NCBI GenBank assembly: GCA_023245955.1
Contig: JAHFJI010000002.1
Coordinates: 1 to 51,429, forward strand
DNA length: 51,429 bases
Reading direction: 5' to 3'
From: Candidatus Doudnabacteria bacterium
Lineage (GTDB): Bacteria; Patescibacteriota; Doudnabacteria; UBA920
The notes beneath the pieces are model-generated. The model searched no databases and was not told the origin of the DNA. It worked only from the letters and a program-made list of their open reading frames with translations. Positions 45,331 to 51,429 of the stretch are shown here, one piece after another (the stretch's first letter is position 1; every line of letters starts with the position of its first letter). Both the position numbers and the translations under genes were made by a program.

Positions 45331-46206
45331 CTATTTAAGCAGGTTTAAATGCAAGTGCGGACCTGTAGCCTTTGAAGTCTTTACATACGTACCACAATTA
45401 GGAGTTGTAGAACCAGATTCATTCAGTATCCTAAAGACGCCCGAAGTCTTTACTGTGGAACACAACTGGTCCCAAGTAGTACTTCCAAGTAAACCAATAT
45501 CAACACACGTACCTGATTGCGTATGACACTTGCTTGCGTGCCCTTGTCCATATGAATCATTAACTTTGAACTGAGCCCCAGCTGATGTAGCTATTTGTTT
45601 CAGTTTTCTAAGTGCCTCAAGAACATTGGGACAAGTTTTGTTAGTATCGTACTGGGTAAATTCACCTTGTGGAATATCTACCAGCTGGCCACCGGGGCAA
45701 TCTGTAATGACTGGCCCGGATGGCACCACGCCAACAGGGTTTGTTGCCCCATCTTCATGGCCGATAATCGCCCAATCTATTTGTCCTATTTGATCTGGAG
45801 TAATGTTTTTAATACTGAGTAGTTCTGGATTAATTTGCTTTAAGAGTAGGAAGCCCACAAGAAGCATGGCAATGCCTAAGAGTGACGTAGTAATAAAACT
45901 CTTGGCCGTACTCACCTTGCCAGTGTTACCACCAGAAAAGATGTACATATAACCAGCAATAATAATCATGAACACGGCAGTGATGCTGGAAATAATAAGT
46001 GCGTACTTGTAGAGCTGGTTTACGCAGTCAAACAGGTCGGTGTTGTGGCTAGTACCCGTAGCAGGCTCTGTAATAGGCGTAGTAGATGGGGTACAAGGTA
46101 TATCAAAAGTAGCGGCCCGGGCGAAGATAGGCACAGCAACAAGCACTAGACTGTATAAGCTTATAAAGATAATAGATAAAATTTTGTTTTTATTCTTGGA
46201 TATCAT
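45331..46206 (-). CDS. VirB2/TrbC-like pilin fused to an M15/LAS-type zinc peptidase-like domain
   Basis: Signal peptide; pilin hairpin AVFMIIIAGYMYIFSGGN..AK..IT..LLG; C-terminal H-x6-D (HTQSGTCVD region) and HLH. Confidence 0.72.
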   Translation of the reverse strand: MISKNKNKILSIIFISLYSLVLVAVPIFARAATFDIPCTPSTTPITEPATGTSHNTDLFDCVNQLYKYALIISSITAVFMIIIAGYMYIFSGGNTGKVSTAKSFITTSLLGIAMLLVGFLLLKQINPELLSIKNITPDQIGQIDWAIIGHEDGATNPVGVVPSGPVITDCPGGQLVDIPQGEFTQYDTNKTCPNVLEALRKLKQIATSAGAQFKVNDSYGQGHASKCHTQSGTCVDIGLLGSTTWDQLCSTVKTSGVFRILNESGSTTPNCGTYVKTSKATGPHLHLNLLK

Positions 46207-46219
46207 ATTGTTTGTCCTA

Positions 46220-46319
46220 CTTGATGGGCACCATCTAACACAATGCTACTTATATAGTTTAATGTGGTGCGCTCATCTTAACTTATTAAATAACTGCATG
46301 TTAGATGGTGCCCATCAAG
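46220..46319. repeat. 21-bp perfect inverted repeat with 58-nt spacer upstream of the pilin-peptidase gene
   Basis: CTTGATGGGCACCATCTAACA / TGTTAGATGGTGCCCATCAAG. Confidence 0.9.
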
Positions 46320-46347
46320 ACATGCCTCGTAACTCATAACCCCATCC

Positions 46348-46896
46348 TCATTCCAATGGTAAGCCATCCGGACAAAAACTTAATGGTAAGTCGGTTGGAT
46401 AAGTGTACCCTTTTGGACCACCAATTTTCCAGAACATAGCCAATTTGCAAGCATCAAGTGGGCTTATTTCCAACGTGGCAAGCAACGCATGCTCTGCCTC
46501 TTGCCGAACTTTTTCGTTAGGCGTGGACAGGAAGAGATAAAAATAATTTCCCACATATACATATTCTAGCGTATATTCTGGACTATTGTGCAATACTACT
46601 ACTTCCATGCCAAACTCGTCTTTTGTAGTTTGAAGCGTGAAAAAATTATTTACCGTAATAGAGCCGGAATTTGTAGGCAGTGTTATAGCTCTAGTATTTG
46701 GCAGTTTATTTGGTGAAAATATTTGCATAGATGTGGGCACTACTCCCCCGCTTCCCGTGCTTGGTTTGTTTGTGCTTGGGCCAGTACCAGAAAAAAATGC
46801 AAAATAACCGAGCACTAAAATTACGAGACCAGCTAATATAAATATTATAATTTGCTTTTTATTTTCCATAATTGTCCACGTATACACTGATAACAC
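46348..46896 (-). CDS. Membrane-anchored hypothetical protein
   Basis: N-terminal TM and a C-terminal Cys pair (DACKL...LSFCP); the start may be MENKK. Confidence 0.75.
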   Translation of the reverse strand: MLSVYTWTIMENKKQIIIFILAGLVILVLGYFAFFSGTGPSTNKPSTGSGGVVPTSMQIFSPNKLPNTRAITLPTNSGSITVNNFFTLQTTKDEFGMEVVVLHNSPEYTLEYVYVGNYFYLFLSTPNEKVRQEAEHALLATLEISPLDACKLAMFWKIGGPKGYTYPTDLPLSFCPDGLPLE

Positions 46897-47006
46897 GGAT
46901 TACACAGATTGTTCAACTAAAGCTTCACTAGTTATACATTTTGACTGTGTGGTAGTTCGTATTTATGTTTAAATGTTAACTTGTTTATATGTTTAGATGA
47001 TTTAGG

Positions 47007-48059
47007 TTATCTACAAGCCTGTGCCTCATTATAAAATCTACTAGCTGTAACAAAATACTTTCTTGTTTCCAAATATCCAGTATTACAAGCTGTGTGAGCA
47101 GTATTATCAAAAGGACATTCAAACTTTCGCATACCAGGACAGTCCCCACTGGCCTGTTGAGCAAGATGCCCGCCGTCGTAAGCTGTTAAAACATACCCTG
47201 GCCCATCTTTACCATAGGCCAACTCCCAAGTTTTAAGCGCCCGAGCTCCGCATAATATATTTGCCGCAACGTCTGTTTTCCAGTTGGCAGCGCATGGGGG
47301 TTTGAGCCCATTGGCTGTATCTTCCAAAATTTGCATTACACCGTAAGCTCCTTTTTTTGACGTAGCCGTACCACCACAATTTGCCTCTTGAAATAAGACT
47401 GCTCGAATATAAGCTTGGCTAATACCCGCGCTCTCAGCCGCAGCCTTTACCTCGTTTGCAAAACAGCCACAATTTACATGTCTACCCGGGTACTGATCAG
47501 ATCCACCATCGCAAGTAACCCCATTACCAGCTACAAGACCAGGCTTTCCGCCACCCGCGGGGCCAGTGCTTCTTGGCGTGGTGTCTGTGGTTGGGTTAGT
47601 ATGTCCACCATTACCCAAGGTGGCCCAGTTCTTTTGACCTATTTGCTGAGGGGTCAGGTTCTTCAAAACTAACAAGTTTGGATTTATCTGCTTAAGTAAC
47701 AAAAATCCTGCAAGCAACACAGTTATGCCTAAGAGTGACGTAGTAATAAAACTCTTGGCCGTACTCACCTTGCCAGTGTTACCACCAGAAAAGATGTACA
47801 TATAACCAGCAATAATAATCATGAACACGGCAGTGATGCTGGAAATAATAAGTGCGTACTTGTAGAGCTGGTTTACGCAGTCAAACAGGTCGGTGTTGTT
47901 TACTGTTCCAGTAGCAGGAGTTTGTTCTTTTGTGTACTCCGTAGGCTTACAAGGTATGTCAAAAGCCGCCGCACGAGCAAAAATCGGAGTAGCTAGCAAC
48001 AGGGCGCTATATAGACTTAGGAAAGTGATGGATAGGACTTTGTTTTTATTTTTTAGCAT
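47007..48059 (-). CDS. VirB2/TrbC-like pilin fused to an SLT lytic transglycosylase domain
   Basis: Same pilin module; AVLFQE (catalytic Glu), GAYGVMQI, NILCGA, AYDGG and ETRKY motifs. Confidence 0.8.
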   Translation of the reverse strand: MLKNKNKVLSITFLSLYSALLLATPIFARAAAFDIPCKPTEYTKEQTPATGTVNNTDLFDCVNQLYKYALIISSITAVFMIIIAGYMYIFSGGNTGKVSTAKSFITTSLLGITVLLAGFLLLKQINPNLLVLKNLTPQQIGQKNWATLGNGGHTNPTTDTTPRSTGPAGGGKPGLVAGNGVTCDGGSDQYPGRHVNCGCFANEVKAAAESAGISQAYIRAVLFQEANCGGTATSKKGAYGVMQILEDTANGLKPPCAANWKTDVAANILCGARALKTWELAYGKDGPGYVLTAYDGGHLAQQASGDCPGMRKFECPFDNTAHTACNTGYLETRKYFVTASRFYNEAQACR

Positions 48060-48068
48060 ATTGCTTTA

Positions 48069-48168
48069 CTTGATGGGCATCATCTAACACGGTGCTATTT
48101 ATGTAACCTAACGCTAGATTGTCCACTTAGCTTATTTAATAACTATATGTTAGATGATGCCCATCAAG
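48069..48168. repeat. 21-bp perfect inverted repeat with 58-nt spacer upstream of the pilin-SLT gene
   Basis: CTTGATGGGCATCATCTAACA / TGTTAGATGATGCCCATCAAG. Confidence 0.9.
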
Positions 48169-48214
48169 GCGTTACATTCCTCATAACTCAAAACTTATAG
48201 TTCAAGACTTTCGT

Positions 48215-49516
48215 CTATGGCAAGAAATCTCTTGGATTATACGTATAGCCAAAAGGCACTGTATATGGACCGTAAGTCTTGCTGTACTTACCAGGAGAAA
48301 TACCAAAGCCATCACAGTCAAAAACAGTGAAGTGTAAGTGGTAACCCCTATCTGGACCATAGAGCAACCTGGTAGTATTCCCTGTGTTGCCCTCGTAACC
48401 AATTACGTCTCCTTGCCCCACAGCTTGGCCAGCTTTTACCTTAAAGGTACGCATGTGTCCATATAAAGTAATTATACACACAGAGCCAGTAGTCGTCTTT
48501 AAGTTGTGCTTAACGGTACACCAGTTTCCATACGAAGCGTCACCAGTATCGCAGGCATTTACTGTGCCGTCTACAGCTGCATAAATTGGTGACCCGGCCG
48601 GAGCTGCTATATCTAAACCATTGTGAAAATTATAGCCAAGCGCTGTAAAACCAGTCTTGCCGTACCCCTGTGTAAGTATCCCCTTCATGGGCATGTCCAA
48701 GCTCCCCTTTTTTGCCGTAATAGTTTTATTTCCAAGTTTAGCCCTAACCTGCGCGTCCAGGTCTTCCATTTCTTTCTGCAGGTTTGCTTCTTCATCCTTA
48801 CTGCTAGATAGTAGCTTTTGATAATTCTTTTCTACCCCACGAGTCTTATCTAGCAAATTTTGCCTGTCTCGCTCCTGCGCCACCAGCCCCGATTTAGTAG
48901 CCTTAAGCTGTTCAGTTAATTCTTGTAGTTTACTAACCTCGGTTTTTAAGTTTGCTTGCTCGGTTTCTAACTTTGCCTTAACCGTTTTTATGTTTTGGAC
49001 TATTTGATATATCTTATCTTGAGCTGTGTTAGTGTATTCTAGTTCGTCTAAGAAACTAGAAAAATTGGATGTACCAAAAGCAAGCCTAAGAAACGAACTA
49101 TCGCCAAGCTCATTTAGCTGGACAATAAGCTCTTTTAAGACTTGCTTATTTTTATTTATCTCGGCCACCCGTCTATCTATTTGAGTTTGCAACTCCTTAA
49201 TTTGCAGGTTTGCCTCTTCAATTTGGGTTTCTTTAGCATCTATAGAAAGCTGAGTTGTTTTAATTTGCGTGTCGTAAATAAATATTTCATTTTTTAAAGA
49301 GGCCTGCTTTTTGCGGGTTACATCAATTTGACCCTGGAAAGACTGAATTTGCTTATTTATGGCATCAAGTTTTTCCTGTACTTGTGTTTGTTTAAACTTT
49401 ATCTCATCCACATCCGCCGCCTGAGCCCAGAAATAACCAAAAACAGCCAAGGACGAACAAATCCCAACAAATAAAACAATTATCTTAAAATGTAACTTAT
49501 TTTTCCAAAAACCCAT
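48215..49516 (-). CDS. Coiled-coil M23 peptidase (EnvC/CwlO-like architecture)
   Basis: Signal/TM, long coiled coil, HNGLD, YGHM and HLH motifs; ATG 49516 preferred. Confidence 0.88.
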   Translation of the reverse strand: MGFWKNKLHFKIIVLFVGICSSLAVFGYFWAQAADVDEIKFKQTQVQEKLDAINKQIQSFQGQIDVTRKKQASLKNEIFIYDTQIKTTQLSIDAKETQIEEANLQIKELQTQIDRRVAEINKNKQVLKELIVQLNELGDSSFLRLAFGTSNFSSFLDELEYTNTAQDKIYQIVQNIKTVKAKLETEQANLKTEVSKLQELTEQLKATKSGLVAQERDRQNLLDKTRGVEKNYQKLLSSSKDEEANLQKEMEDLDAQVRAKLGNKTITAKKGSLDMPMKGILTQGYGKTGFTALGYNFHNGLDIAAPAGSPIYAAVDGTVNACDTGDASYGNWCTVKHNLKTTTGSVCIITLYGHMRTFKVKAGQAVGQGDVIGYEGNTGNTTRLLYGPDRGYHLHFTVFDCDGFGISPGKYSKTYGPYTVPFGYTYNPRDFLP

Positions 49517-49640
49517 GCACTGTAAGTATAACATGCAAAAGGAGCAACTTAACAATTAAACCATTAAACATAAAGCAATACCATGTCTATTGTACTCTTC
49601 TTGTTAAGTTGTTAAGTTGCTTAATTGTTATTTTGTACTG

Positions 49641-51161
49641 CTATAAACTTATTGCCTTGTCTATTCTAGAAATGATTTCTTCCTTACCCAAACCGACGAA
49701 GATCGTACTCGCTACTTCGGCGGGTCCTGGACTAAATTGTTGCCCTGTAAGCGCTACTCTAAGAGGCCAGAGTACTGCACCCACATCAAAACCTTGTTCT
49801 GTAATGTAAGCCATAAGGGCATCTTGCAAAAGTTTTGCATTAGCAAAAGTTTCGTCTGGTATCGTACTCAATAAATCTTTTACTCTACTCAGTTTTATGC
49901 GAGCATCTGCTAGTGTACTTTTCTTCCAAGCCAGCAGTTCTGGGTTAAAGGCAGGTTCCGCAAAAAAGTAGCCAGTCCTCTCCCCTATCTCTGACAATTT
50001 CTTTAACCGTTCTTTCTCCAACCCGGCAATATCTTCTAAAAATTCTTTTGCGAGTTTTTCATCCTGCTTTATAAGACCAGCATCTACCCAATAAGGCATG
50101 AGCAGCTCGGCTAGTTCGCTGTTAGACTTTTCCCGAATGTATTTGCTATTAATCCAATCCAACTTATTTATATCAAAAACAGCTGGGGATTTATTTACTT
50201 TATTTAAGTCAAACTCGGCGACTAGCTCCGCGAGGCTAAAAATTTCTTGTTCTGTTTTCGGGTTCCAACCTAAAAATGCCACAAAATTAATAAGCGCTTC
50301 CGGCAAGTAACCTTTATTTAAATAGTCCTCCACTCCAACGTCTCCTTGTCTTTTTGAAAGTTTGGTTTTATCTGGATTCAAAATTAGAGGGACATGTGCA
50401 AAAGCAGGTGGCTCCCAGCCAAAAGCTTTATACAACAGCAAGTGCTTTGGTGTGGATGGTATCCATTCATCCCCACGAATTACATGCGTAATTTGCATGT
50501 AGTGATCGTCTACCACAACTGCTAAATGGTAAGTAGGAAAACCATCTGACTTTAAAATAACCTGGTCGTCAAGAAGTTTGTTCTCGTATTCTACATTTCC
50601 AAAAATTAAATCCTGCACAGTGGTTACACCTTCCGGAGGTATGGCAAATCTTACTACCGGGCGTGTACCATTAGCCACAAAATCTTCTTGCTTAGCTGCG
50701 ATTTCGGTTGTGGATAAACCTCTACATAGTTTATCGTACATTGGTGGTTTTTTAAGTGCTGTCTGTTCCTTGCGCAGATCTTCTAAACGTTGTTCACTGC
50801 AAAAACAATAGTAAGCGCTGCCTTTTTCGACTAAATCCTGAATATGTTTTTGGTATAAATCCAAACGCTCGGATTGTAAATAGGGACCAAAGTTACCACG
50901 ATCTTCAACTTTATTCTTTTCGGATAAATAGTAGCCTTCATCCGCCACTACACCCATAGTCTGCATGGTCTTGAGTAAAACATTAATCGCCCCTTCTACT
51001 TTTCTGTTCTGGTCTGTGTCTTCTACGCGCAGAACAAAAACACCGTTATTGTGTTTAGCAAAAAGATAGGCAAACAGCGCGGTACGAAAATTGCCAATGT
51101 GAATAAACCCAGTAGGGCTGGGAGCGAAGCGAGTTCTGACTTTTTCTGATATTTGAGCCAT
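49641..51161 (-). CDS. gltX: Glutamate--tRNA ligase
   Basis: RTRFAPSPTG, HIGN, LRVEDTD and KLSKR. Confidence 0.97.
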   Translation of the reverse strand: MAQISEKVRTRFAPSPTGFIHIGNFRTALFAYLFAKHNNGVFVLRVEDTDQNRKVEGAINVLLKTMQTMGVVADEGYYLSEKNKVEDRGNFGPYLQSERLDLYQKHIQDLVEKGSAYYCFCSEQRLEDLRKEQTALKKPPMYDKLCRGLSTTEIAAKQEDFVANGTRPVVRFAIPPEGVTTVQDLIFGNVEYENKLLDDQVILKSDGFPTYHLAVVVDDHYMQITHVIRGDEWIPSTPKHLLLYKAFGWEPPAFAHVPLILNPDKTKLSKRQGDVGVEDYLNKGYLPEALINFVAFLGWNPKTEQEIFSLAELVAEFDLNKVNKSPAVFDINKLDWINSKYIREKSNSELAELLMPYWVDAGLIKQDEKLAKEFLEDIAGLEKERLKKLSEIGERTGYFFAEPAFNPELLAWKKSTLADARIKLSRVKDLLSTIPDETFANAKLLQDALMAYITEQGFDVGAVLWPLRVALTGQQFSPGPAEVASTIFVGLGKEEIISRIDKAISL

Positions 51162-51228
51162 AAAAATATACTTTATATAAGTTATTGTACCAGAGTTTAT
51201 ATTGGATTGCTAATCATGCATCCACTTT

Positions 51229-51354
51229 GTCATTGCGAGGAATCCTGCTTTGAGGATGACGTGGCAATCTAAATTTGGTTGTTTTATCACTCAATTGTTT
51301 CATTATTAAATGTGAGATTGCCACGTCGCTCTAAGAATCGCTCCTCGCAATGAC
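51229..51354. repeat. Full palindromic family A element
   Basis: GTCATTGCGAGGA...GACGTGGCAATCT and AGATTGCCACGTC...TCCTCGCAATGAC. Confidence 0.8.
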
Positions 51355-51429
51355 GGAATTATTATATTTCAGCTTATACTTTACTAACTCTGTTATGAGC
51401 CCAATGGTTGCGTTGTATATTCGCTTAAA

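Noticed and set aside
45872..47899. 175-bp repeat as a diversity-generating retroelement TR/VR pair
   Set aside because: The copies are identical with no adenine-specific mismatches, both lie in N-terminal coding regions, and there is no reverse transcriptase in the window.
3533..50959. Many short antisense or alternate-frame ORFs within long genes
   Set aside because: They are shadows of well-supported CDSs and carry no motifs of their own.
1..51429. CRISPR array, rRNA or tRNA genes
   Set aside because: No regularly spaced direct repeats with unique spacers and no cas genes. I did not recognise any tRNA or rRNA, though a covariance search would be needed to exclude them.

Overview
The window looks like chromosome from a reduced-genome bacterium, very probably Patescibacteria/CPR. 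This is inferred from the shuffled housekeeping genes, the VirB2/TrbC-like pilin fusions, the GT-C glycosyltransferases and the dense palindromic intergenic repeats. Bases 1-39.3 kb are mostly housekeeping and surface genes: a GSDH-PKD-4xPA14 protein, a glycosylation cluster, rplU, recR, dnaB, cysS, a CPA2 antiporter, two adk-like genes, map, ABC and ABC-F proteins, rarA, rplA, prfB, ftsEX, rplI, pyrG and rpmA. The main discovery is an apparently complete ~5.45 kb filamentous-phage (inovirus-like) prophage at ~39.5-45.0 kb. It encodes an HUH Rep with a phiX174-like nick site, an SSB, a Zot/pI ATPase, pVI/pIII/pVIII-like proteins, two tiny coat-like proteins and a second pIII-like adhesin. It has no integrase, repressor or secretin, and it is bounded by dif-like 11-6-11 sites close to where host gene orientation converges. 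Next to it are two paralogous pilin-peptidoglycan hydrolase fusions with swapped catalytic heads (M15-like peptidase versus lytic transglycosylase). They share a 175-bp identical core, and each is preceded by a 21-bp perfect inverted repeat carrying a compensatory base change. Intergenic palindromic elements have also inserted in frame into rarA. All calls come from reading motifs by eye; no database searches were run.
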